In this document: piece after piece, positions 24,858-36,790 of the stretch | How positions within the stretch are numbered: position 1 is the stretch's first letter | Layout: every line of letters starts with the position of its first letter | Origin: Lama guanicoe | Taxonomy: Eukaryota | Assembly: GCA_013239625.1 (NCBI GenBank) | Contig: MU053754.1 | Coordinates: 62,001 to 126,000 of the forward strand | Reading direction: 5' to 3' | DNA length: 64,000 bases | Translations under genes and position numbers: made by a program | The notes under the pieces: generated by a model | Seen by the model: only the letters and a program-made list of their open reading frames with translations | Told to the model about the DNA's origin: nothing | Database searches by the model: none

Positions 24858-24879
24858 AATAAAAGACTGTCTTATTAAA
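24858..24879 (+). terminator. Candidate proximal poly(A) signals (AATAAA 24858-24863, ATTAAA 24874-24879)
   Basis: Canonical hexamers about 640 nt after the stop; downstream GU element weak. Confidence 0.45.
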
Positions 24880-26960
24880 CAATAATGGATGATGGTGAGT
24901 TCCAGCTTGGCTATTGGAAGGCCATGACTGTCAGTATTATTTTCAAGACGTACGAAATGCTATCATGACATCTACTGTTGTGTATACGTAGTTTCTTCAA
25001 GAAGTTTGCAATATTTAAAATCTGGAACTAGAAGCTTAATACTGTTTATGTGAGAACAGCAGAGACTCACAGACAGATTTGTTTGTGCAGCAGACTTTGG
25101 GTGGAACCCCTCGGGAATGATAATGCCAAGGCAGATCTCTTCTGTACAAATTTCTGTCCCGTAATTTATAGCATTGTATTTGGGTTCTACTGTTTTTTGG
25201 GGGAATGGAGGTTCTGAACTGAAGGACCACTTCAGCAATGCTATGGTTCAAGGAGTCCCTTGTGATGTAATTCAGAATCATCGGCGTGGAGAATGTACGA
25301 TATTTTGTGTGGTGTCAGGGGGACAAGCAATCCGTGATCCTTGCCCATAACCATGACATCCTGAGTTCTCGCAGAATTTAGTGCTGAGAGAACAATAGTT
25401 GATGTCGGTACTTGTGTTTTGTGTGGTCTGATCCTGTGGCTAAGAAATATCTATTCCTGGAATCCGCCACGAGATGTGCACTGTTGTTTAAATTCTATTT
25501 CCCCCAAGCTCAGGAACGCAGGGACATGGCGTCACCGGATCTCGTGGGAGATCGGTGGATAGGGACAGAGCTGGAGCGAGTTCCGCCAGCCCCTCCCGCG
25601 GAAAGACGTCACCCGCGCGGAGAACACACCTGTCACCTTCAGACACTGTGCATCCTCCGCCCACACTGCACAAATTCCTCTGTCGGTCAGTCCGCAGGAG
25701 CTGCCGTCCTTCCGCCACGCATTCATCTCTTTTGGGAACATGTCTGAACATCACTCTCAGCTCAGAGTTTTCTCAATTCCATGAGGGTGCCAGTAAATGG
25801 AGTGCCTGACCCCGCCGCGCACTTTGGAAAGGATGCATGCTCCTGTGCCCCAGGCTTTCCGACTGTGGGCTGGAGTTTCCTCCGTTTGTCCCCACTGGAG
25901 AATTTCTGAGATTCGGAAGCCTTTCCCAAGCTCCTGTTGAAGTTCTGCTAGTTTGGATTTTAACCTTTCTTTTTCTTTAAAAAAAAAAAAAAGAAATGAT
26001 TTCCCCCGCCTCCCTGGGAATGGTTCAAAGTTGGCAAGCAAGCGGGGTTCTTGTTATGGTCTGGATTTCTCATTCCAAAACAATTGCCAAACATCTGTCA
26101 CATTGTTGTAGGAAATACTCTCGTTCAAGAGTGCACGTTAAAGAGAGCGTGTTAATAATGTGTTAGGATTACTGCTCATATGATCAGGGAAAATACTCTG
26201 TAAGATCACTGTTATGAACTGAATGTTTAAGATGATTGTGTTTACTCCAAGTTGAACATAGTCAGTGAAATTGGACTTTGACGGAACACTTTATGACGTG
26301 GGGATGTGTATTTGAGGACGAAATAACTTGAGGTACTGTCACAGTGTTTCTATACATGGCTGTGTATGGAATTAATTGTTTAATCTGTGCAATATTAACA
26401 ACCAAGAAGGGCACACATACGTCTGGATGTACAAAGAGCTTTCCAGTATTTGCCTCAGAATAGCTTCACTTGCCATTATCAGTATTTGAAAATCAGGTTT
26501 ATTTATAATAATCATAATTACCTTCGACTTCAAATCACATACCGTCTGAAAGTTTTGCTTGGAATGTACAACAGGAAATTTCAGTTCCCATTGGTATGAG
26601 CTCTTGAGTTGCATGTCCAAACCTTAGTGGGTTTTGAAGCTTTAAACAAATTCTTCTTGGAAAACGACTTTGTATTTCTAGCATTTCATGGATATGAAAA
26701 GCTAAGCAAACGGTAACCTATAGATAGGCATTATTTTAGGAGGCCGGTAACGCTGCCTGGAAAGCAGAATCCCGGCCTACCCATCGTGGGAGCTAAGGAG
26801 TCAAGACAGGAACGTGATTTCAGGTGGCCCTGAAGGGCAGCCAGTGAGGCGTGGAGACGGGCAAGTCTTTGGCACATGTCTGGACAATGCTGTCCGTGAA
26901 GTGAGTGCACCTGTGAAGGTCTCCCAGGACCCCCTTGTTCTGACGTTAATACAAAATTAC

Positions 26961-26966
26961 AATAAA
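26961..26966 (+). terminator. Candidate distal poly(A) signal
   Basis: AATAAA with upstream TGTA elements and downstream gtgctctggggctgtgctttct. Confidence 0.55.
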
Positions 26967-27520
26967 AGGTCTCTTGGCAATTTAAAAATCCCGTGCTCTG
27001 GGGCTGTGCTTTCTCACGGGACTCAGCTTCAGCAAGCGTGCGGAGCGTTTGCTATGTTTGAGGCATGATGTTAAGTGAGGGGGAGGCGGGTTTCAGGTCA
27101 GGACGTATTGCTGGAGACCCCCGCCCCCGGGGCTCCACGGAGGGGTAGGAAGCGTGGAGACGGATAAGAAATGAAATGGCCCCTGACTTCCACTGACTGG
27201 TTAAAGGGCAGCCCAAGGCCACATTATCCATCGCGCACACGGCCTCTTTTCAGGGGCCACAAACAACGTCTTCATTTCTTCTACAACCAGAAGGAAGAAA
27301 TCCTGAATGTGTGCGGTTGAAGATCAGATGCACATGGATACCATCGCAGGCACAAACTAGAATTTTTGTGTGTTTTCACCCGGTTCATGTTCTGATGTAA
27401 CCTGTCTTTGCCTGAAGACATACTTGTCTGTGTTTCCAGTTCTTAACTGGCCCCAGACCCAGATGAAGCAGCTTCTTGGCTGGACAGATGTTTGGAGCAG
27501 AGAAGTTAGAGGAAGCTCAG

Positions 27521-27614
27521 TTTCGTTTTGTTTTTAACGGAGATGCTGGGGATAGAACTCAGGACCTCCTGTGTGCTAAGCACGTGCTCCACCACTGAGC
27601 TGTTAGCCTCCCTC
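27521..27614 (-). mobile_element. tRNA-Ala-derived SINE (Vic-1 type), short form
   Basis: T-rich tail then ggagatgctggggatagaactcaggacctcctgtgtgctaagcacgtgctccaccactgagct; degenerate TSD GAAGCT.A.TTT. Confidence 0.88.
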
Positions 27615-28321
27615 AAGAAGCTAAATTTTGGTACAGAGAACCTTGTCCTCCCTTCTCTGCTTTTCGACTGTGGATCATAGGAGGCAGATGTGTGCGTGGA
27701 CAAAAGGCATTGACTGATCCAGGCTCCTCTCTGGCTTGCAGTAAAGACAAGCCTCATGACCTCATCTTGTCTTCAGAGGATGAGACGTGTGATGGAGATG
27801 ACTGAGTCCCCTGTCAGTCATAGCTGTCTGACCTCCACTCACTGCCCGTCCCCCTGGGCATCCTCCCACTGCTCCAGGCGGCGTGGGTGCCTGGCCGTCC
27901 TCCGCGTCCCAGTGCCCCACACCGCTTCTGTGCCCCTCCAGTTGCCTCCAGCGAATGTCGCTTTAGACCGTCTCCGGGTGTAAGGGGCTCTGAATCAAGT
28001 GAATGTAATTCCCCAATATTTAACACTGTCAAAGAGTGTGTTAGAGGGGCCTTTTCAATTAAGGGAACGTCAGCGTTCCTAATTACAGTCCTAGCAGGTT
28101 GAAAACGAGCCGTGTGTTCCGTGCAAGGGAAATACCGTCATGAAGCAGTTTTCCGCGTTTTCTAAGAAGAACATAATGGACCTTGTGTCTGGGAGACCCG
28201 CACACGTTTGGCCTAAAAGCACTTCTGCTCATGAAGTTCAAATCCTCAAAGTGACCTTTTCAGGGTGACGCGGTTCATTTTACCCGGCACATCTGTCCCG
28301 TCTTCAGAGGAGCGGGTTGTC

Positions 28322-28637
28322 AAGTGAATCTATACTCGAAACAGAAACAAAGTTACAGACTGGAAAACAAACCTGTGGTGCCTAAGTGGGAAAGGGACCG
28401 GGCAGAGGGAGGGACACACTGGGAGTATGGGATTAACAGTTACACACGACTATACATAAAGGAGGTAAGCAACAAGGAGTTACTGTATAGCACGGGGAAC
28501 TGCATTCAATACTTTGTCATAACCGGTGATGGAAAAGACTCTGAAAAAGATAAGCAATAAATGTACGTGTGGATAACTGAATCACTTTGCTGTACACCTG
28601 AAACTTAACACGCTATTGTGAAGCGACCATAATAAAC
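28322..28637 (+). mobile_element. L1 3' UTR end, 5'-truncated
   Basis: aaacagaaacaaagttacagac...aaaacaaacctgtgg...ctgtatagcacggggaac...ataactgaatcactttgctgtacacctgaaact. Confidence 0.88.
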
Positions 28638-29654
28638 ACCTTATGAACCAGAAGTCTCCATGGCTGTTTTGGACAGGACCACATTTCAAGGACCTTTTGA
28701 TACGGATGAAATGTCTTATGGTTGTTTTGCACAGAACCAATTATCCTGCAAGAAATACATTTTTTTGTAACTCCCCGCAAACTTTATCACTTTTGAAATA
28801 TTTTAAAATTGCTTCATGTGTATTATGTAAAAGACAGCAGTGAAGGTTATATATTAGTTTCATTGATCAGATTTTAGTCGTAGAAAAAGCTCAAAAGACA
28901 GTGGAATGTTTTTAAGCCACCTTCTTTCAGCAGCCTTTGAAATAATACCACGTATCTTGAGTGTAATGTTTCCAATTAATTCATGAGTTGCTTGTTTCCT
29001 GTACTTTTGTGTTTTTAAAAGTCAGGGTTGAAAACGTTCACTTAATGCAGAGCGTCAGCTCCGCGTTAAAATCTGAGGGACGTTCTGCAGCAGGATTTGA
29101 AAGCGACATAGTGTGTCTCCACTAAGGTGACAAGTGCCATATGGAAAGGTTGGGAGAAGTCAGAGTTTCAGATAATTCGGGAAAGGGCGCTCGTGGCGTT
29201 TTATCAAGCACGGGAAATGCATCAGGTCGGTAACTGCTACGAGAGAGAGATACCAGACAGCCCATCCGTCAGAGCTGGTATCGAGGGCACCTGTTCCCAG
29301 CGGCCACATCAGGAGCAGAGACAGTGTGACTTTGTGCCACATGTTTCAGTGCACCGAGGGTGAGGTGGGACACATCCCAGGGCCACACGCTGCTGTGACC
29401 GGCTGGCGTAAGGGATGATGTTTGGTTAGACTCATTCATTCCGAGTGCTTCTGTGAGTTCATTTACTCAGTCTTCACTGCATACGTATCAGATGTTATCA
29501 TTGTCCCGTTACCGATGAGGAAACAGACACAGAAAACAGGATCTAAATAGACTGCTTTATGCTCAGATTTATGGAGTGATGTTTTGGTTGGAAAATAAAA
29601 AGCAAATGGATGGATTTTCACCCTCTCCATAGATGACTGTGCTGTCTGTTGAAC

Positions 29655-29748
29655 AGCCCCAGGTGTGACATGAACACACCACAGTGGGAGCAGTGCTGTC
29701 TAAATCTGTGCAGTGCACAACCCGTGCAACCATACCTAGCAGCACTGG
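29655..29748. mobile_element. MER91-like hAT MITE fragment
   Basis: tgtgcagtgcacaacccgtgcaaccatac...gcagcactg resembles a MER91 terminus. Confidence 0.5.
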
Positions 29749-32700
29749 CTAGACTGCGACGTCATACAGACAGCTGGATATTACAAGTCATCGGTGGAAC
29801 TTATTTTGATCCGCCTCGCAAGGAACACAGGAGGGCGCCGTTGTGTGAGTTAAACACGGGTGTTGACTCCATGAGCTGGCATATAGACTTGAGCCATTTC
29901 CAGAGTCAAAGAAGCCATTTAAGTATACTGACCGTTAAAAGAGAGTTCAGATTAATGGAGCTGATTTATTGCATTCAAAGAAACGGGCGCCTGGTTCTGG
30001 GTTTGTTGACCATTGTACAGCCAGCCATCCCTGTGGCGTTGGCTAAAGGTTTCTGGCTTGTTGCACAGTCCAGACACATAATAAGGTTGTGCTTGGGGGG
30101 GGAAGGTCACGTGTCACTTCACAGCTACAACACTGGTTGCCAGCATGAAACATTCTCTGTGCTCGCTCAACATCCCAGATAGAGGCTGCTCTCCTAGATG
30201 GATCTCAGGGTAAAGATGACACCAGAGCCCCTGGTGGCCCGTGATGAACATGTAAGGTGAGCAAGGAAGACTCTCCTTTGTTCCTGAAGTGACGGAGATT
30301 TGAATGTTGCCACTGCACCGAAGCCACATTCTTGTTGACTAACTCTGCTTACACAAAGGAATAATTATTACCATTTGCAGAATACTTCATCGCTCATTTT
30401 TCTCCATTAGTGAATATCTGCTAAGGAATCCTGGGGCATTTTTGGACCCTGGAATATCTGAAGCTTCATCAGGCTTAAAAAGAAACTTATTTTAGATAGT
30501 TGGACTAGAGGAAAAATGAGGATGGCTTTGGGCCAGGGTGAAAAAGCAAAACAAAGAAAACCCACAAAAATTAACATTTAGGTTGACTGTATGTTCAGAA
30601 ATATACACATCTCCTAACCTTTCCTGAGGGGGCATTAGGAAAGTAAATACCACTTCCCAGGGTGACATGTTATGTCACATGGAAATTTAGCAACGACCGG
30701 ACAAGTTCAATGTCTTTGCTTCAACAGGAACAACAAAACCTGCACTTGATGCCATTTTAAACGTGTTTAAAATGTTTTCATCTTGTTTAATTGTATCTTA
30801 AGATCTTTGACACTCTATTTAAACTGAAGAGAATGCATGGGAGGAGCAGGAATTTGCATCCTGCTATTAGCGGTTTCAGTGCCAGTAAACCATTCCTCTG
30901 ACCTTTTATCATTTGAATTGTTTGCCCTTTTCATTTTCAGCCCAATGATGTTTAGTGAATTCTGGGGCTAAAAAATAGAAAAAAAAATTATATAGTAGTA
31001 TTGTTTTCCCACAACAGTGTTTTAAAGGGCAACTTGTAGGGGAGTATTTAAAACTGTATTGTATCATTTCCGTCTCAGCGAGGCCATGTTAAAGATTTTC
31101 TGGGACAATAGAGGGGCCTTCTGCTGGTGCATGGCTGCTTAGATGCAGCAGTGGTGACAGTTACAAACAGGAATGCGCCAGTGAGTTATGTGTGGCAGTA
31201 AGAGCCAGGGTGGGGGCGGGGGGCGGAAGGCAAGAGGAAGATTCGTGTTTAGTTTTGAAGCAAGCGTGCGTCACCGCCACTTCTGTTTGTGGCCCAGTTC
31301 TCCTAAAAGATGATAAACTACAGGTAGGACGCCTGAAGTTGCCGTGGGTCGCAGGGTAGCAATTACCCCGAAATGGCCCGTCTTCCGTGATCTTAGATAA
31401 TGCATGAGAGAGCACTTGATGGATACCTCTGTCCAAACGGCCGTTTAGCTCCAGGGCGGACGCAAGGGCCAGAATCTCAGACTTCCCTCGCTCGTGGTCC
31501 TGAAATGCGCAGGCATCCGGTGTCAGTACATCCCTCTCCGTGCTTCAAAACTACAGAGTTCTCTGCAAAACACAGCCTCTGTGCCTGCTCCACAGAAGCC
31601 TTCCAGAAATAGAAGAAATCCCTTCTGAAGACGCAGACATTTGTTCTGAGAAATGACAAGGCCTTTGGATTATCTTGCGATGGGATCTGGCCACGAGCAG
31701 GCTCCCTAACCGCTCGATGGCACGCGGCCTTTTGTAGAAATTAATGGCCGTGACAAAACTGGTTTTGCACCAGCCCCGGCAGCTATGATCATGCATTCAT
31801 AGTCAGTGTCGCCTGTCCAGTTTGAAACATTCAGCAACAGTATGCAGCAAGCCCCGTCCCACTCTGCCCCTCGGTGTCCATCTGGACTGACCTCCTTGGC
31901 TGGACTTCCAGTTTACCGTTTTTGGAACATCACCACAGAAACGTGCATGCCACAGAAGGAAAAGGGTTTGACTGAAGGGATGAACGTGTCTCTAAAGCAC
32001 CGATTTTGAGGAATGAATTTCAACATAAAGTGGTTCCTTTTTCCGGGATGCCAGTAACGCCAATGCCTGAGAAGGGGGGACGGTCAAAAGGATGGCAGAT
32101 GGATTTTTGAGGCACCGTTACGATTAAACGCAATTATTTCATATAACATATTTTAATTATCCTAATAAAACGGGGTTACCCAACTAGAAAATGTTTTCGG
32201 CAGTACCATCTTCAGACCCATTTTGACACATCTTTCCTGCTGTTTTAATTGTGGTTTATAAGCATAAGCACAAACTGAAGTAGTACTCACAACCATTTCC
32301 TAGTTGGTCGAGGAATATTTTCCTGAATGCGAAAACATGGATTTGCCAATGTCGGGAGTTAATCACACTGCCCTAGGTTTTCTTTCATGTTGGCAGAGAA
32401 GCAGAGACTTCTTTCCAGCATGGAACTGAGCGCTCTGATTACTCTGTGGTCCATTTTCGTGGCCAGTATCTTAGGTGTTATAAAAGCAAGCCGTCGCCAT
32501 CACACGAAGTATGACATGGACACACAGCAGACTGTGCATTTTGATTTTTTTTTTTTTACATCAACTGTGATACGAGTAAAGATCATTTATTTGGGGTTGT
32601 TGTTATTCTGAAAGGGAAGTACTTTCAATCTGCCTCTCGAAGTCTCAGCCATTTGAAACGAAGGCTTAGAAGAAAAATAACGTAATCATGTTTCGAGAGG

Positions 32701-33134
32701 GGGGGGCACAGATGAAAATTTAAATCTTAAAATTCAGTCTCATCCATGTTATTCTGAATGGCAAGGCGGGATAGAAAAAGTGCATGGTGATTGCTAACCA
32801 TAATTTTTAATAACAATAAAAAAAGCGTTGTGTCGTGGAAAATTTCAAACAAACACACAAGTACAAAGACTGTGATATTGAACCTTCCGTGACCTCATCC
32901 GCAGGATTCAAGCATTGTCACCACTGTGCCAATCTTCAAATACAGTTGTAGCCCTGATATTTCCAAAGTTGGCCTGGTCGTTCGTGAGCCAAACATAACG
33001 ATTCTGATGTTGCAAAGGCAGACTGCAGAAATGGCTACGTTGTTCTCCAGAGCTGATGCATGTTCATAGAGGGGTAGGGTGAAGACGGTGAATTTAATAA
33101 AGACGTAAACTGTGTCAGGGTTCTTTGTGCATTG

Positions 33135-33627
33135 CACCATCTCAAAACTTGGTGGCTTCACACAGTACCCACTTATTTAGCTCCTGATTTAGTGGGTTGA
33201 CATTTACACAGGGCTCAGCTGGGTGGCTTTTCTTGTCCAGGATGGTCCCCGTGGGTGGATCTTGGCTCCTTCATCTGTAATCCGTGGATGAACACCTGGG
33301 TTCACTGGGCTTAACAATGGCCTCATCTGTGAAGGTAGTAACACCTGGGGCCTCTCTCCACATGGCTCCCACGTTCTCCAGCAGGCTGGTCCAGGCTTGT
33401 CCCTGAGGCTGCAACTCCAGTGGTTTCAGCACCAGCAGATGGGTGCAAGTCCGGGTGTAGGTATTTTGCAAGTCTCTGCTGGTGTCTGCTACTTTCCGTT
33501 GGCCAAATCCAGGTGCCAAAGGTTGATACATCTCAGCGCTTCTAGGGAGTAATTGCAAATTCACATTGTAACACGACGTGCATACAAAGAGGAAGGTGGG
33601 AATCTGTGGCCAGTGTTACAATCTACT
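33135..33627 (-). mobile_element. Old MaLR LTR (MLT1F/H-like)
   Basis: caaaacttggtggcttcacacag...tatttagctc...gggctcagctggg...ctctccacatggct...ttggccaaa...tacaatctac. Confidence 0.65.
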
Positions 33628-33664
33628 TTATAAAGTTTTATCAGTGAAAGCAGAACAGAATGAC

Positions 33665-34287
33665 TGTGGGTGGGAATGGAATTTGGTGCAGCCACTGTGG
33701 GAAACAGTATGGAGATTCTTTAAAAAACTAAAAATAGATTTACCATATGATCCAGCAAACCCCCTCCTGGGCATATACCTGGAGAAAACTCTAATTCAAA
33801 AAGACACCTGCACCCCAATTCTCATAGCAGCACTATTTACAATAGCCAAGACATGGAAGCAACCTAAATGTCCATTGACCGATGACTAGACAAAGAAACT
33901 GTTTTAAATGTCATTCTAAATGAAGAAAGTCAGACAGAGAAAGAAAAATACCAGATTATCACTTATATGTGGAATCTAAAAAAGTGATACAAATCCACTT
34001 ATTTACAAAACAGAGACAGACTCACAGACACAGAAAACAAACTTATGATTACTGAGGGAAAAGGGGGTGGGGGGATAAATTATATTTATATATAGTACTA
34101 AATACTATATATAAAATAAACAACAAGGTCCTAATATATAGCACAGGGAACAATTCAATATCTTGTAGTAAACTATAATGAAAAATAATATGAAAAGGAA
34201 TATATATGTATAAATGAAATGAATCACTATGCTGTACACCAGAAGTTAACACAGCATTGTAAATTGACTATATTTCAATTAAAAAAA
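33665..34287 (+). mobile_element. L1 3' portion (ORF2 end, 3' UTR, A tail) with an internal deletion near 33905
   Basis: [37 protein letters not shown]...KDTCTP...AALFTIAKTWKQPKCP, then 3' UTR ending gactatatttcaattaaaaaaa. Confidence 0.93.
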
Positions 34288-34344
34288 TTAATTTGGAAGA
34301 ATAAAGTGTAAAAAATACCAAAAAAAAAAAAGAGAGAGAGAGAG

Positions 34345-34730
34345 AGCAGTGAACATGGCAGAGTAAGGACCTCCAGAATTTCTCTTCTTCATAAAATCAG
34401 TGAGACCACTAGAAAAAGTTGTCAGAAATAACTTTTTCAGGAATCTGGAAATTAACCAAAGGCTTGCAGCCATCCTGGCAGCATTTGTTTGAGGCAAACA
34501 GCCGAATGTCAGAACAGTGAGCTCAGTCGTATTTTAACGTGCCTGGTGCAGGCCACCGTGGCCCAGCTCCATGGTGGCCTTGAGCAACAAGCGCCCCCAG
34601 GTTGTCCTCGCAGGCGGCAGAGAGAGCAGGGAGGGCTGGGCTCCGGCAAAGCCTCATTCCTGAGGGATGGTTTATTGCTCTGTTTTGACCTGACTCGGAG
34701 CTCGCCTCGTGCAAAAAGGCTTTTCCTGGA
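34345..34730 (+). mobile_element. Old L1M 5'-end-like fragment
   Basis: aacatggcagagtaaggacctc...aactttttcaggaatctggaaattaaccaaaggcttgcagc resembles ancient L1M 5' UTRs. Confidence 0.55.
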
Positions 34731-34734
34731 GGGA

Positions 34735-35442
34735 AGAAAGTGCTGATACGTGCAACATTGCGGACGGACGTCGAAAACATTGTGCTAAGGGGGAAAAGTC
34801 ACAGACAGGAAACCACATACTCTATGATTCTGTCAATAGGAAATTTCAAGAATATGCAAATCCGTAGTGTCAGAAAGTAGATTTAAGGTTGCTGGGGTTC
34901 AGCAGACTGAACATTTATGTCTTGCCCAAAACTCATATGTTGAAAATGCTAACCACCAGTAGGGTGACATTAGGAGGTGAGGCTTTGGGGAGGTGATTAG
35001 GTTGTGAGGGTGGGGCCCTTATGAAGGAAAACAGTGCCCTTATCAAAGAGACCCTGGCAAGCTCTGTCACCCCTTCCCCCATGTGAGGACACAGTGCAAA
35101 GACATCCTTATGTGAACCAGGAAAGGGGTTCTCAGCAGATACCAGATTCTGCCAGCACCTTGACCTTGCGCTTCCCAGTCTCCAAACTTGTGAAAAATAA
35201 ATTTTTATTTAAGCTACCCAGTCTAGGGTATTTTTCCTGTAACAGCTCACACAGAGTAAGACAGAGGCTGAGGGTGGCTGGGAAGTGACCTGTAATGGGT
35301 ACAGTGTTTCTTTGTGCCGTGATAAACACGTTCTGACATTAGACAGTGGAGACAACTTTGTGACTGTACTAAAAGCAATCAAATGGTCCACATTAAAATA
35401 CTGACTTTTATGGGATGTGAATTGTATTGCAATAAAAAAAAA
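34735..35442 (+). mobile_element. L1MB-type 3' end interrupted by an LTR
   Basis: gaaaacattgtgctaag...cagaaagtagatt...ggttgctgggg, resuming after 35263 with aatgggtacagtgtttctttg...tgtgaattgtattgcaataaaaaaaaa. Confidence 0.75.
34898..35263 (+). mobile_element. MaLR solo LTR (MLT1A-like), nested in L1MB
   Basis: ctcatatgttgaaa...ttaggaggtgaggctttggggaggtgattagg...ccatgtgaggacacag...gccagcaccttgacctt...aataaattt...gagtaagaca. Confidence 0.85.
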
Positions 35443-36059
35443 TGAAATCCATTATTTCAATACATTAAGAAACAAGAAGGTAAGGTAAGTCTGTTAGCTT
35501 TCAGTGATTCAAAATTGCCTCTGTAAATGGACTTTATTACAAAAGTGTTTAACTTCTACACCGTCTTTAGGATGGAGTCATGGGCTTTTAATGGCAGTTA
35601 GTATTTTTCCCTTTCTTTGTTTGCCTTGGTAAATCCCCAAGTCTATGTTCCAACTACTCTTCTTGCTTTGAATGCCCCTTTCTCTACTCACTGACTCTTA
35701 TCCCCAAATTTATGAGCCACCGTTTTTCTTAGAAATCTCAGTTCAGTTATCTTCTCTATGAAGCATCCTGTTCCCTCATTGGAACCCACAACCACTGCTG
35801 TTATATCTTCTCTAATGTGTAGTTTCAACAAGATGTGGTTTAAACTGCCAGTTCCCTGAGGGAGGGGCGGATTTTTATTCATCTTTGTATCTGAAGTGAA
35901 CAGAATGAAGCTGGGCACCTTCCCAGGAGGCCCCCACCTTCTCTGAACACTGGGAATCTTATGCCTCCCACGATCTCTGCAGCTGTCACCCGGAATCAGT
36001 CCACAGCATCCATTCCTAGCACTCTGCCCATGTTGCAGACACAGCGTGAACACAGAGCG

Positions 36060-36590
36060 ATCCCAAAGGAGCTGGAAACTTACATGCATGCAAAAGCCTG
36101 CATGTGGATGTTTACAGCACCTTTATTCATAACCACCAAAACTTGGAAGCACCCAAGGCGCCTTTGGGAGGTGAATGAATAAACTGTGGTCCAGCCAATG
36201 AAATATCATTCAGTGCTAAAAAGAAAAGAGCTGTCAAGCCATGAAAAGACGTGGAGGAACCTTAAATGCATATTACCAAGTGAAAGGAACCAGTCTGAAA
36301 AGGCTGCAGAATGTATGATTCCAACTATATGATATTCTGGGATGTGTGAAACCACAGAGACATTAAAAAAAAAATCAGTGGTCCCCAGGGGTGGAAGGTG
36401 GGGATGAATAGGTGGAGCATAGAGGAATTTCTAGGGTGGCAAACCTGTCTTCATACAGAATAGGCACTGTCATGGTGGATGCATGTCATTCTACATTTGT
36501 CCAAACCCATAGGACGTACCGCACCAAGAGGGAACCCTAAATGTACACCATGGACTCTGGGTGATGGTGACTTGCCTGTGTAAATTCATC
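36060..36590 (+). mobile_element. L1MC-type ORF2 end / 3' UTR fragment
   Basis: ggatgtttacagcacctttattcataa...aagccatgaaaagacgtggaggaaccttaaatgcatattaccaagtgaaag...tacatttgtccaaacccatag. Confidence 0.85.
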
Positions 36591-36726
36591 TGAGGCATCT
36601 GGAAAGTGAGGGACACGTGAGAGACCCCCATCAGCTCAGCTGTCATCCAGAGCGGTCCCAACTACCCAAGTGAAAATGACTCTCTTAGGAAACACTTCTC
36701 CCATGGGAATCACAGTGAGCTACATT

Positions 36727-36790
36727 TATGTATCCACATTGTATCCATAGAATAATATATCCATATTATGTATCCATATTATATCCATAG
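36727..36790. repeat. Degenerate TATCCATA-based tandem repeat
   Basis: Five TATCCA(T/C)A units with irregular spacing. Confidence 0.8.

Larger units (their letters stand above)
24217..26985 (+). other. STS: Probable STS 3' UTR (distal end inferred)
   Basis: Follows the stop codon, becomes AU-rich, and ends at AATAAA 26961-26966 with a GU-rich tract downstream. No transcript evidence available. Confidence 0.55.
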
